Below are positions 36,463-46,689 of a stretch of DNA of 64,000 nt, one piece after another (within the stretch, counting starts at the first letter, position 1; each line of letters opens with the position of its first letter). Under the pieces are notes generated by a model. The model was not told the origin of the DNA. It searched no databases and saw only the letters and a list, made by a program, of their open reading frames with translations. This stretch comes from Candidatus Doudnabacteria bacterium (lineage in GTDB: Bacteria; Patescibacteriota; Doudnabacteria; UBA920): NCBI GenBank assembly GCA_963837465.1, contig CAWINB010000004.1:458853-522852 (forward strand), read 5' to 3'. Made by a program: the position numbers and the translations under genes.

Positions 36463-37019
36463 AGTAAAATATTTGATTAATCTCTTAATTACCTAAGAAT
36501 GATAGCAATCCGACCAGGTTTTTGATAGAAGTCGGAAAAAAGCCATAAGCTAAATATAGCCTTATTTAAGACTAAATTTATGACTTTTTTCTGGCTTTTT
36601 GCGTGGTCAGCGCATTTAAGCTATTTTGGGCATAAGGTTGTAACAAAGGACAATCGCAGCCGTCTGCCTATATGTACAACAAAAGTGAGATTTTAGGGTT
36701 TTGGCTTAAAGCCTAATCAGCCTAATCCTTGTAGAAACAAAACTAAAACCTCATTACGCAAGGTTTGTTGTATTTTAACATCAGTTATTGAGTTTGTTTT
36801 AAAGCCAGTTAACCGCGGTTTCAATTAATTTGTTTACCTGGGTCGATCGGTTAGCGTATAAGCTTTAAAACGGCTTTTCAATAATCACTTACTTTTTAAC
36901 CAAAGCTTTGGTGATCTCTAGAGCTCCAAAACTTTCAAGCTAAAAGGGGAGTGTCCCGACATCGCTATTTTTTATTGGCAGATATCGGGAGAAACAATTA
37001 ATTAAATTTTTTAGGTTTA

Positions 37020-37119
37020 CCCCACACCAATTGCCCTGAATTTGGTTTATTATTACCAAAAGGCGTTGGAGCAACAATTGCAAATCAAAAATTACTGATT
37101 TAAGGCAATTGGTGTGGGG
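37020..37119 (+). promoter_or_regulatory. long 5'-leader hairpin: perfect 16-bp stem (ccccacaccaattgcc / ggcaattggtgtgggg) with 68-nt loop, ~65 nt upstream of the start codon at 37185
   Basis: Inverted repeat read directly. Lies in the untranslated region between the consensus promoter and the giant gene. Confidence 0.55.
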
Positions 37120-37184
37120 CAAGTTGATTATCTCAATTGAATAATTAACCTGATACAAACCTAAAAATGGAGTATTATTAAAAA

Positions 37185-40100
37185 ATGCAAAATTCTGTCG
37201 CAAAGAAATTCTTTGCTGTAGGATCCGCGGTAGTTATGACTTTGGCCATGGTGGCTCCGTTAGCGGCTCACGCTGCTGCCGACCCCGTTGGCACCAATGT
37301 CGTTGACTCATCCGGTACCGTTTGGATGGTTATGCCAGACGGCACCCGCCGCGCCTACACCTCAGCCGGCGCCTTTCTCTCTTACGGCTTCAACTCTTGG
37401 AGCCAAGTAGTTCCGGCCAGCGCTTCCGACTTAGCTTTGCCCACTGGATCCTTTATTCCTCCTCAGGATGGCTCCATTATCTGCTCTAACAAGGGCAGCG
37501 ACACCGGCACTTGCTACGAAATCAGCGGCGGCCAAAAGTTTGGCTTTACCTCGGCCGCGGTATTTACCGGCCTTGGTTTTAGCTTCTCCAATTCCTTACC
37601 CGGTGATGTTTCCTTTTTAGCTATGGGCAATATGTTGCTCAACAACAGCTCCATGGCTCACTTGCCCGGTACCTTAGTTAATAACAACGGTACCGTACAA
37701 TTAGTAGGAACCAGCGGTGTTTTGGGTATTCCGGACTTAGCCACCTTTAATTCCTGGGGCTATTCCTTTACCAAAGTTGTCCCGGCCAATGCCGCGGATA
37801 AAACCATGACCCAAACCGGCGTTATGGCTGCCCGCACCCCGGGCCAGCTTAGCCCGATTGCCACAACCGGAAGCACCGGCACAGGCACCGGCACCGGTAG
37901 CACGGTAATCAGCGGTAACGTATCCGTCAGCTTGTCATCCGACACCCCGGCGGCCGGTACCGTAGTTGCCAACAGCAACGGCACTTCTCCCGGACAAACC
38001 GGAGCTGACATTGCCAACTTTACCTTTAGCGGTACAGGCACTGTCACCCAGGTTGTAGTTAACAGGATTGGTGTTTCCGCCGACAACAGCTTAAGCAATG
38101 TTTACCTTTACCAGGGTAACAACCGCATTACCTCCGCCGGAAGCTTCAGCAACGGCCAGGTAACCTTTAGCAATTCCAACGGATTGTTCACTGTCAGCGG
38201 TTCTACCGAAGTTTCGGTCAGAGTTGACATTGCCGCTGGCGCCACCTCAGGCCAAACCCTGGGCGCGCAATTGGCTTCTTACACTGTCGCCAACGGCACC
38301 CCGATGACCGCCAGCATTTCCGGCAATCTGTTCCAGATTGCTTCGGTCAACAACTTGGCTACTGCCCAGTTAAGCGGTACTAGCGTTAGCAATAGTGGTA
38401 TTATCTCTTCCGGTGCTTCAAACAACACCCCGGGAACCCTTAATGCCGGTACCAGCAATGCCATTTTGTGGCAAGCTCCTATTAGCATCGGCCAGCGCAC
38501 CGTGCTGTTAAAGCACGTCGCGTTTACCCAGATCGGTTCCATTCAAAGCAGCGCCATTACCAACCTCCAGCTGTATGTTGACGGCAACCCGGTAGGAACT
38601 ACCGGCACCTTAACCACAGTTGGCGGCCAAAACCAGGTAGTGTTTGATTTCAGCGGCAACCCGGTTAGTTTGTCTACCGGCAGCCACACGCTTTCTTTGG
38701 AAGGCAATGTCGTAGGTGGAACTTCCTTTACCTTTGAATTCAGCCTCCAGACTGCGGCTGATATCGTTCTTTACGATACCAACTACAACGTCAACATTCC
38801 GCTGACTTACAGCGGCGGCGGTACTATCTTCCAGATAGCTCCGGGCTTGACCACCATTAACAGCGGCACGGTTTCGGTTCAATCCGACCCGACCTTTACC
38901 GCTACGCAGTTTGTGACCAATTCATCCCAGGTTCTTTTGGGACAGTGGGACTTAACTGCTTACGGTGAAAATGTTAATGTCAACCAATTACAGGTTTCAT
39001 TGCATTATACCGGCACTTTGGTTGCCGGCGTAGACGGCTTTAATAATTTGAGCATCTATGTAAACGGTGGCACCGTCGGTTCTTCGCAAGGCGCTTTAGC
39101 TACTACTGGCGGAGCTTGTCCTGCAGGAACCAACCCGACGTGTGCATATAGCTTTGGTACAACCAACCTCTTTACCATCCAGGCCGGACAAACTGTTACG
39201 GTTCAGGTAAAGGGCGACTCTGTTGTCAGCGGCAGTGATATTACCGCGGTACAAGCCAGCTTGGTTGTCCCGGCCAATACCATCCAGGGCCAGACTTCTT
39301 ACGCCTTGACCCCGTCTTCAACCCAGACTTACTCTGCCAACACCTTAACTACCGGCAGCAGCGTTGGTACCTTAGCCGAAAACACCGGTTACACCAACCA
39401 AACCATTGGCTCTAACCAGAACAACCAAGAAATTGGTTCTTACACTGTTCAGGCAAGCAGCATTGATGGTGTCAGGGTTAACCAGCTAACCGTTGGCTTA
39501 GGCGGTTCGTTTAACAACGGCAGCGCGACCACCGGTTTGACCAGCTTGTACTTGTCTGTCTCCTACCCGGGCGGCAGCGCGACTACAACTCCGGTCAATC
39601 CTTCGGCCAGCAATACGTTTACGTTAAACAACGTAACTATTCCTGCCAACCAAACGGCTACCGTAAACGTTATGGCTAACGTCAGCAACGCCACCGGTAC
39701 CGTAATTACCACTATGTCCGGCAGCGGCCAGGGTTTAAGCAGCAACCAATCGGTTTCTCTTAGCTCCGTCCAGGGCCAGACTATCACTGTGGGCAACGGC
39801 ACAATCAACGCGCCGACTTTGCAGACTTCTTCCCCGGTAGCTTCCTTTGTTATTGGAGGCACGCAAAACCAGCCAGCCGCTACATTTAACTTTGTGGCAG
39901 GCAGCGGTGGCGCGACCATTCAGGAATTGGACTTCTTAGTTGCCACTTCTTCGGGCGCTACTACCATTCCGGTTACAGCGGTAACCGTAAACGGCGTAAC
40001 TTCCCCGATTGTGGGCGTCACCTCCTCCGTTACAGGTTTGAGCATTGCTGTTCCGACCAGCTACGGTGGTATTAACGTTCCTGTCACTGTGAACTACCAG

Positions 40101-40724
40101 GCGGTAGGAAACAATGGTATTCCGTCCAACCAGATCTTCACCCTGAATTTGACTCGCGTGAAGTACCTCTCGGGCTCCAATACTATGTACCTCTACCCGA
40201 ACGTGGCTTCCAACAGCCAGGATTTGGTAGCTTCCGCTCCGACCGTTACTTTGGCGGGCGTAAACAACCTGCTTACAAGCGGTACGGTTATAATTGGCCA
40301 GGTTACAGTTTCAGCTAACTCTGCCGGTAACATTGTCTTAGACAACTTACCGATCACAGTTTCTGCCAACAATGCTACGATTACTTCCAGCACTGTATTG
40401 GCGGTTGATTCCGCTACCAGCCAACAGGCCGGCACTCTTACCGGTTTTGCTGTTAACGCCAACAGCTCGGCTACGGGTACCATTGCCTTCTCAACCGACA
40501 ACAATATTTCCGCGGGTACTTCCAAGACCTACAATATTGAAGTCGTTGTTAACGCGATTGGCAACTCCACCAACGGTACGCCTTCCATCTCCCTCGGTCT
40601 TGGCAACGCCAGCCTGTTTACATTTAATGATGTCAACGGCGGCGTAAACAACATCGCGGGCGCAAAGGCCGGCAACGTCTACCTCAGCAACTACCCGACT
40701 ACTTCGGTTTCTATCCAGAACTAG
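37185..40724 (+). CDS. giant secreted surface / S-layer-like protein (1179 aa): signal peptide, N-terminal triple ~55-aa repeat module homologous to the C-terminus of the preceding protein, then a long Thr/Ser/Gly/Asn/Val-rich beta-rich region
   Basis: Signal MQNSVAKKFFAVGSAVVMTLAMVAPLAAHAA. Repeats FGFTSAAVFTGLGFSFSNSL...MAHLPGT and FNSWGYSFTKVVPANAADKT match those of the upstream protein. Confidence 0.8.
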   Translation: MQNSVAKKFFAVGSAVVMTLAMVAPLAAHAAADPVGTNVVDSSGTVWMVMPDGTRRAYTSAGAFLSYGFNSWSQVVPASASDLALPTGSFIPPQDGSIICSNKGSDTGTCYEISGGQKFGFTSAAVFTGLGFSFSNSLPGDVSFLAMGNMLLNNSSMAHLPGTLVNNNGTVQLVGTSGVLGIPDLATFNSWGYSFTKVVPANAADKTMTQTGVMAARTPGQLSPIATTGSTGTGTGTGSTVISGNVSVSLSSDTPAAGTVVANSNGTSPGQTGADIANFTFSGTGTVTQVVVNRIGVSADNSLSNVYLYQGNNRITSAGSFSNGQVTFSNSNGLFTVSGSTEVSVRVDIAAGATSGQTLGAQLASYTVANGTPMTASISGNLFQIASVNNLATAQLSGTSVSNSGIISSGASNNTPGTLNAGTSNAILWQAPISIGQRTVLLKHVAFTQIGSIQSSAITNLQLYVDGNPVGTTGTLTTVGGQNQVVFDFSGNPVSLSTGSHTLSLEGNVVGGTSFTFEFSLQTAADIVLYDTNYNVNIPLTYSGGGTIFQIAPGLTTINSGTVSVQSDPTFTATQFVTNSSQVLLGQWDLTAYGENVNVNQLQVSLHYTGTLVAGVDGFNNLSIYVNGGTVGSSQGALATTGGACPAGTNPTCAYSFGTTNLFTIQAGQTVTVQVKGDSVVSGSDITAVQASLVVPANTIQGQTSYALTPSSTQTYSANTLTTGSSVGTLAENTGYTNQTIGSNQNNQEIGSYTVQASSIDGVRVNQLTVGLGGSFNNGSATTGLTSLYLSVSYPGGSATTTPVNPSASNTFTLNNVTIPANQTATVNVMANVSNATGTVITTMSGSGQGLSSNQSVSLSSVQGQTITVGNGTINAPTLQTSSPVASFVIGGTQNQPAATFNFVAGSGGATIQELDFLVATSSGATTIPVTAVTVNGVTSPIVGVTSSVTGLSIAVPTSYGGINVPVTVNYQAVGNNGIPSNQIFTLNLTRVKYLSGSNTMYLYPNVASNSQDLVASAPTVTLAGVNNLLTSGTVIIGQVTVSANSAGNIVLDNLPITVSANNATITSSTVLAVDSATSQQAGTLTGFAVNANSSATGTIAFSTDNNISAGTSKTYNIEVVVNAIGNSTNGTPSISLGLGNASLFTFNDVNGGVNNIAGAKAGNVYLSNYPTTSVSIQN

Positions 40725-40833
40725 TCAGTTAGAGCCAGGTAATCCAATTACAACTTTGTTCACCGGCTAAAATTTCTTTCCGAAATTCGGCAGGTAAAAG
40801 TTTAAGCGGATACAGTTTCCAAAAACTTTAAAT

Positions 40834-42009
40834 TTGGCAAAACCCCCGTTTCATTTTGAGGCGGGGGTTTTGGTATGCCCTGAAACTCTTTGTGTTATAA
40901 TTAATTTAATTTATTCAATTAACCATCCCGCGCGAACAAACACGAACAAAACAGTGAATAAAAACTCTCAAAATAAAAGGAGATTTTTTAAAACTTCCCG
41001 ATTTTTATTTATTTATTGCGCCATAGCTTTTGTGGCCGGGGCCGGGGCGGCGTCTTTATTTTGGCGCGCGGGCAATAACCGGCTTATTGAGCAGTTGTCC
41101 GCCCAGGTCAGGCCGCTGCGGCAAAAAAATAACCCTTATACTTACATCAACCCTTTGCTGGGATATGAAGTCCCCGGTGACGTAAAAGAATTTGACGAGT
41201 ACAAACCTTTAAAAAACGATATCCAAAAAGCCGCGCCAATTAAAAGCCCGCAGGTCCAGAGCTATTCGGTTTATTTTCGGGATTTGACCCTGGGAAGATG
41301 GGCGGGAATTAACGAAGATGCCGCGTACGCGCCGGCCAGTATGATGAAGGTCGCTATTATGATTGCCTATTTTAAGGAGGCCGAAGACGGTTTATCCGTA
41401 CTTGGACAAACTCTGGTTTATTCTTCGTCCACGGCTGATCAAATTAATGGCGTACCCTTTGAAACCCCTTCCGACCTAAAAGTAGGACAAAAGTACACGG
41501 TGGAGCAGTTAATAGAAGCTATGATAATATCTTCCGATAACGGGGCCAAAAATATCCTGCTGGATAATATTAACCAGCAGGATTTGGATGAAATTTATAG
41601 CGACTTGGGCCTGCCCAACCCGGACAACAGCGCCGATTATACCATTTCCGCCAAGCAGTATACCGTGCTTCTGCGGGTTTTGTACAACGCCACTTATTTA
41701 AGCCGCGCGGATTCCGAAAAAGCCCTGCAAATTATGTCGCGGGCCGAGTACAGCCAGGGCCTGGTGGCCGGGGCGCCAAAAGGGACAATGGTGGCGCAAA
41801 AATTCGGGGAGAATGTGGACGCCTCAAACCCCCAGGCGCCGGAAATTTCACTGTCCAACTGCGGCATTGTTTACCATCCAACTTATCCTTATATTTTATG
41901 CGTTATGACCAAGGGTACTGACGCGGAATCTTTGCAAAAAACAATCGCCGCCATTTCCCAAACCGTTTGGCGTGATGTCAGTGACTATGCCGCCACGGAT
42001 AATTATTAG
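40834..42009 (+). CDS. membrane-anchored serine hydrolase, class A beta-lactamase-like (SxxK, SDN motifs). The true start is probably downstream (~40950), since the first codons of the ORF-track start overlap the terminator.
   Basis: TM SRFLFIYCAIAFVAGAGAASLFW, then PASMMKVAIM (SxxK), ISSDNGAKN (SDN), AQKFGE (KTG-like). Confidence 0.6.
   Translation: MAKPPFHFEAGVLVCPETLCVIINLIYSINHPARTNTNKTVNKNSQNKRRFFKTSRFLFIYCAIAFVAGAGAASLFWRAGNNRLIEQLSAQVRPLRQKNNPYTYINPLLGYEVPGDVKEFDEYKPLKNDIQKAAPIKSPQVQSYSVYFRDLTLGRWAGINEDAAYAPASMMKVAIMIAYFKEAEDGLSVLGQTLVYSSSTADQINGVPFETPSDLKVGQKYTVEQLIEAMIISSDNGAKNILLDNINQQDLDEIYSDLGLPNPDNSADYTISAKQYTVLLRVLYNATYLSRADSEKALQIMSRAEYSQGLVAGAPKGTMVAQKFGENVDASNPQAPEISLSNCGIVYHPTYPYILCVMTKGTDAESLQKTIAAISQTVWRDVSDYAATDNY
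40841..40870 (+). terminator. rho-independent terminator after the second giant gene
   Basis: aacccccgtttcattttgaggcgggggtt with flanking A/T runs. Confidence 0.65.
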
Positions 42010-42077
42010 GGATATGCTATAATTAAACGACTTGCCTGTTTCCCCGGGCTGATTTATCCTTATAAATAAAGTTTTCT

Positions 42078-44285
42078 ATGCAATCAAAATTCGTCAAAGG
42101 TTTGTTTTGTTTTTTGGTTATTGCCGCTTTATTAACGCCGTTTTGGGTCTTTAAAGAACTATTGTTCCCGTTCATTACCTCCAAAGCTTTTTACCTCCGG
42201 ATTCTGGTGGAGATTACTTTGCCGCTGTACGTTTATTTGCTGATGAAGTATCCGCAATACCGGCCTTCCTGGAAAAACCCACTGACAATTTCCATAACCG
42301 CGTTTTTATTTCTGAATTTTATTGCCGCCATTTTTGGAGTTAACCCGCTCCGCGGCATTTGGGGCAACTTTGAACGCATGGGCGGCGTATTTTATCTGGC
42401 CCATCTGACCATGCTGTATTTTTATGTTCTGCTTTTGGGCCAAATGGGGGGCAGGTATATGCGCTGGTTTTTGGATGCGGTAATTTGGTCCGCCGCTCTT
42501 ATTACCTTAGACGGCATTTTAGTCCAGTTGACCCATAATCACTTTTTGCTCAGTGACCCTTCTTATCCGCGTGTTTCCGGCACCTTTGGCAACCCGATTT
42601 TTATTGCCAGCTACCTGGTCATCCCCATGTTTTTAAGCTGTTATTATATGGTTTTGGAAGACAGGCGCTGGCTGAAAATTGTTTATGGGATTGTCGCTTT
42701 TTGCGAACTTTATCTTATTGTATTAAGCCAAACCCGCGGCGCGGTGGTGGGGGTTGCGGCCGCTTTGTTTGTAGGCGGCGTGACTTATGTTTTTTTGACC
42801 AAGCAAAAGCAGGTCCGGAAATGGGGTATCATAGCGGTTGTAATTTTTATCGCCTTAACGGCCACGGCGTTTACCCAGCATGCCAAGTTCAAAAAAGGCT
42901 CCTTACCTTACCGCGTGCTTAACCTAAAAGACTCCAACACCGAATCCAGGTTAATCCAGTGGGGCGTGGCCTTAAAAGGCTACACGCATTATCCGATTTT
43001 AGGAGTGGGTCCTGAAGATTATTATTTCCTTTCCAACAAGTACTACAATCCGGCCATTTACCAATACGACCCCAGCTGGTTTGATAAGCCCCACAATTAC
43101 CTTATAGAAGTTCTGGTGACCACGGGCATTGTGGGTTTTGGGGCTTACGCCGCGATCTTAGGATTTTTTATCTGGATTTTGTACCGCGCTTACAAAAAAG
43201 ACCTGCTTTCTTTGATGGAATTTTGTCTGCTTCTCAGCGGTTTTTTGGCTTACGAATTCCAGAATCTGACCGTGTTCGATACCATTTCCGCCAGCCTTAT
43301 GTTTTTCGCTTTTTTAGGTTTCGGCGCGTTTTTATGGCAGGAATCCATGGAAGTAAAAAAGCCCAATTTAAAGGGTTTGGATGCGTTTTTTATCGCCATC
43401 TCAACCGGTTTGACCGCGGTTGTCATGATTTATGTAATCTATGTCTGCAATGTTTATGGCATTCGCATCGCCAAGGATATTAATTACGGTTACGCCTACA
43501 GCACCGTAGACCCGCAAATCGCTTACAATTATTTTCAGACGGCCGGTAGCCTGCCCTTTGACTTTGACCCCATACAATTCTCCTCCAAATACGCGGACTT
43601 TGCCAGCGCCCTGGCCGCCAATCCCGGCGGCCAAAGCCCTCAGTTTGTAAACCAGGTCATGCAGGACGCCATAACCGCGCAGCAGGACGCCATTAATGAA
43701 ATATCCAATGATCCCACAGCCTGGCAGGAGCTTTCCAATTTATATTTAAATGAATCCATTGTAAACAAAACTTCTCCTGATCCAAAAGCGCTCGAGGCAG
43801 CCGACGAAGCTATCAGTTTAGCTCCCAGACGGCCGGAACCGTTGCTGCAAATGGCCAGGGTGGAATTGATACAAAATAATCTTACCGGCGCCGAGCAAAC
43901 ACTGCTGAAGTTATTAAGTTACATTCCGGAAGAACAGCAGGCCAGCTTTGAGCTGGCGCTGGTCTATAATTATTCCGAACAAACCGCCAAAGCGGTGCCC
44001 TATGCCGAGCAGGCTTTGGCAGAGGGATTTACGCCGACTCAGGCGGCTCAGATTGACTGGCTGGCCCAGTATTATACCCAGAAACAGGACTGGTCGGATG
44101 CCGAACGGATTTTCCAAATGGCCGTAAAAATAGACCCCGCCAACTTTAACGATGACTTCAATCTGGCCCAGGTTTATTACGAGCTCGGGCAAAAGTCCCA
44201 GGCTGTCAGTTTGGCGCAGCAGGTAGCGCGGACGGATCCTTCACAAGCCGCTTACGCTCAAGGGCTGATTGCTTCGTTTAAGTAA
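42078..44285 (+). CDS. O-antigen ligase/polymerase-like polytopic membrane protein with C-terminal TPR repeats (candidate oligosaccharyl-transferase/ligase)
   Basis: About 12 TM helices with a Wzy_C-like core (GNFERMGGVFYLAHLTMLYF, SQTRGAVVGVAAALF). The C-terminal ~250 aa are helical repeats (ELALVYNY..., LAQVYYELGQKSQAVSLAQQ). Confidence 0.6.
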   Translation: MQSKFVKGLFCFLVIAALLTPFWVFKELLFPFITSKAFYLRILVEITLPLYVYLLMKYPQYRPSWKNPLTISITAFLFLNFIAAIFGVNPLRGIWGNFERMGGVFYLAHLTMLYFYVLLLGQMGGRYMRWFLDAVIWSAALITLDGILVQLTHNHFLLSDPSYPRVSGTFGNPIFIASYLVIPMFLSCYYMVLEDRRWLKIVYGIVAFCELYLIVLSQTRGAVVGVAAALFVGGVTYVFLTKQKQVRKWGIIAVVIFIALTATAFTQHAKFKKGSLPYRVLNLKDSNTESRLIQWGVALKGYTHYPILGVGPEDYYFLSNKYYNPAIYQYDPSWFDKPHNYLIEVLVTTGIVGFGAYAAILGFFIWILYRAYKKDLLSLMEFCLLLSGFLAYEFQNLTVFDTISASLMFFAFLGFGAFLWQESMEVKKPNLKGLDAFFIAISTGLTAVVMIYVIYVCNVYGIRIAKDINYGYAYSTVDPQIAYNYFQTAGSLPFDFDPIQFSSKYADFASALAANPGGQSPQFVNQVMQDAITAQQDAINEISNDPTAWQELSNLYLNESIVNKTSPDPKALEAADEAISLAPRRPEPLLQMARVELIQNNLTGAEQTLLKLLSYIPEEQQASFELALVYNYSEQTAKAVPYAEQALAEGFTPTQAAQIDWLAQYYTQKQDWSDAERIFQMAVKIDPANFNDDFNLAQVYYELGQKSQAVSLAQQVARTDPSQAAYAQGLIASFK

Positions 44286-44306
44286 CGTAATAATACCGCG
44301 TAAATA

Positions 44307-44339
44307 AAGGGTGCCCCTTTGCGGCAAAGGGGCGCCCTT
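44307..44339. terminator. bidirectional rho-independent terminator between convergent genes
   Basis: aagggtgcccctttgcggcaaaggggcgccctt. Confidence 0.65.
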
Positions 44340-44353
44340 TAGAGTAAGCTTTT

Positions 44354-45463
44354 TCAGGCAGTTGGCTTTAAAACTTGCCGGTAAACCGCGGCAGTTTGCT
44401 CCAGCATTTTTGTTTGGGTAAACATTTTTGATCTTTCCAGGGCTTTGGCGGATAAAGCTGCTGCAGCAGCGTTGCTGTTTGCAATCTCGGTAATCGCCCG
44501 GGCCAGTTGAGCCGGGTCCTCCGGGTCAATCACAATTGCCGCGTCTGCCACAGCTTCGGGGTTGCCGCCGACGTTGGTTGTAATTAGGGGCAAACCCGCC
44601 TGCATGGCCTCTAAAAGGGTATAAGGAAGGCCTTCTTTGCGTGAAGCCAGTACAAAAATATCAAAGGCTTTAATGGCGGCAGGCGTGTCCGAGCGGTAGC
44701 CCAAAAGTTTAACTTTATCCTTCAGACCCAGGTCCGAAATTTGTTGTTCCAGAGCTTTTCTTTCCCTGCCTTCGCCGATTATCGCGCATAAAACTTTGCT
44801 TTTGGTCGCGTCATCCAGCAGGGCAATGGCGCTTATTAAAACATCCAGACCTTTGGTTTTATAAAAATTGGCCACCGAGCCGATTATGATTTTATCGTCC
44901 GGCAAATTCAGGGCCGTTCGCGCCGAATTACGGGGCAAGAATTCTATTTTTGGAATGCCGTTATAAACGGCGCCCATTTTATTTTTCGCGATCAGCCTAT
45001 GGCGCAAAGCGGATTTTTTGTCGTTTTGGGAAACGCAGATTATGTAATTGCGAAAAAAACCCGCGAATTTTTCCAGGGCCAGGTAGAATGTTTTTGCCGG
45101 CCAGGGCAGCGGTTCGTTAAAAATAAACCCGTGGGCGGTAAAAATTATTTTGGCCTTTACAAAAGGCTTGGCCAGGCTGCCGAGAAAACCGGCCTTGCTG
45201 GAGTTTAAATGAATAATGTCCGGTTTCTCCTCCCGGGCCAGTTTTATTATTTCAAACAGGGCCAGAACATCGTAAAATGGATGGATATTGCGTTTTAAGC
45301 AGCGCAACTCAATACAGCTAACGCCCGCTTTCCTGGCATCGTAAAAAAGCTTCACCCCTTCATTGCCGGCCGCTATGGTGCCGTTAAAATTTTTAGCCAA
45401 ATCCAGGACGTATTTCTGCGCCCCCCCGCCATCTGCCTGGGTTATAATATAGAGAATTTTCAT
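44354..45463 (-). CDS. glycosyltransferase family 4 (GT-B)
   Basis: MKILYIITQADGGGAQKYV and the EGLPYTLLEAMQAGLPLITTNVGGNPE motif. Confidence 0.85.
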   Translation of the reverse strand: MKILYIITQADGGGAQKYVLDLAKNFNGTIAAGNEGVKLFYDARKAGVSCIELRCLKRNIHPFYDVLALFEIIKLAREEKPDIIHLNSSKAGFLGSLAKPFVKAKIIFTAHGFIFNEPLPWPAKTFYLALEKFAGFFRNYIICVSQNDKKSALRHRLIAKNKMGAVYNGIPKIEFLPRNSARTALNLPDDKIIIGSVANFYKTKGLDVLISAIALLDDATKSKVLCAIIGEGRERKALEQQISDLGLKDKVKLLGYRSDTPAAIKAFDIFVLASRKEGLPYTLLEAMQAGLPLITTNVGGNPEAVADAAIVIDPEDPAQLARAITEIANSNAAAAALSAKALERSKMFTQTKMLEQTAAVYRQVLKPTA

Positions 45464-45560
45464 TGCTGTTATTATAGGGCAAAAATGGTTGATTTAAAAG
45501 GAGTTTTATGATAAATTATAAGTATTTGGAGCTTGGGCTAGAAATGATATAATTTTACTT

Positions 45561-46634
45561 ATGTTAAAAGTTTTATTTGCAGCCTTAAAATACGATTACG
45601 GCCGGCCCGAGCAGGGGTTATCCGTTGAACATACCAATTTTTACGACAGTTTATTGCAAATGTCGGACGTGCAGACCGACTTTTTTGGCGTCGATGAAAA
45701 CATGCTCAGCTCCAGCCGGGAGGAAATGAACCAAAAACTTATTCAGCGCGTGGAGGAAACCAAGCCGGATTTATTATTTTGTTACCTGCTTAGCGAAGAG
45801 CTCAAAAGAGAAACAATCGGCTACATTACAAAAAAAACCAAAACGAAAACTTTTAACTGGTTTGCCGACGACCACTGGAGAATCCCGATTTTTTCCCGGC
45901 ACTGGGCGCCGCTGTTTACCATGGTCTCCACCACGGATGCCGAAGCATTGGACAGGTACAAGTCTTACGGTATCACCAATGTCATAAAAACCCAGTGGGG
46001 CGCCAACCCGCATTTGTATTTTCCCCAGGATCAGGCTTTGAATCCCGGTAATTTAGATTTAACTTTTGTGGGACAAAAATTCGGCAAGCGCGGCGGGTAT
46101 TTAAAAGAAATCCAAGGCTCTGGCTTGCACGCCGAAGGTTTTGGAAGCGGCTGGCCTGGAGGGCGGGTAAACCACCAAAAAATGCTGGAAATATTTTCTT
46201 ACAGCAAAATTAATTTGAACTTTGCCGAAACCTATTATTACGGCTTCACTTCTTTACTCAAACGCGCGGCCAAGCTGTTCATTGCCAAGGAAATGGGCAG
46301 TTATAAGTTTACCGGGCATCATTTTACCGATAACTGGCGCTCAATGAAAGGCACCCAGAAAAAATGCATTAAAGGAAGGGTATTTGAGGTCCCGGCAGCA
46401 GAGGGGTTTTTGCTTACCGCCGAATCCGACGACGACATTGGCGAATATTATGTCCCCGGTAAAGAAGTCGTTGTTTTTAAAAATATTCCCGAGCTTGTTG
46501 AAAAAGCCAAATACTATTTGGAGCATGAGCAGGAAAGGAACGCTATTGCCAAAGCGGGATTTGACAGGACAATGAAGTACCACACTTACCAAAAAAGGTT
46601 TACCGAAATTTTTAAAGCAATGGGTTTAATGTAG
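45561..46634 (+). CDS. CgeB-family (DUF3880 / Glyco_trans_1_2) glycosyltransferase-like protein
   Basis: C-terminal KGRVFEVPAAEGFLLTAESDDDIGEYYVPGKEVVVFKNIPELVEKAKYYLEHEQERNAIAKAGFDRTMKYHTYQKR matches the CgeB C-terminal signature. Confidence 0.7.
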   Translation: MLKVLFAALKYDYGRPEQGLSVEHTNFYDSLLQMSDVQTDFFGVDENMLSSSREEMNQKLIQRVEETKPDLLFCYLLSEELKRETIGYITKKTKTKTFNWFADDHWRIPIFSRHWAPLFTMVSTTDAEALDRYKSYGITNVIKTQWGANPHLYFPQDQALNPGNLDLTFVGQKFGKRGGYLKEIQGSGLHAEGFGSGWPGGRVNHQKMLEIFSYSKINLNFAETYYYGFTSLLKRAAKLFIAKEMGSYKFTGHHFTDNWRSMKGTQKKCIKGRVFEVPAAEGFLLTAESDDDIGEYYVPGKEVVVFKNIPELVEKAKYYLEHEQERNAIAKAGFDRTMKYHTYQKRFTEIFKAMGLM

Positions 46635-46689
46635 TAGACCAGGTTGTTTTAAATCGGCGCCCGGTTAAAAAAACCCAAGAAGCATAAAT

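Noticed and set aside
40834-40872. ORF-track start MAKPPFHFEAGV for the beta-lactamase-like gene
   Set aside because: These codons are the rho-independent terminator hairpin of the upstream gene. The true start is likely a downstream GTG/TTG before the TM segment.
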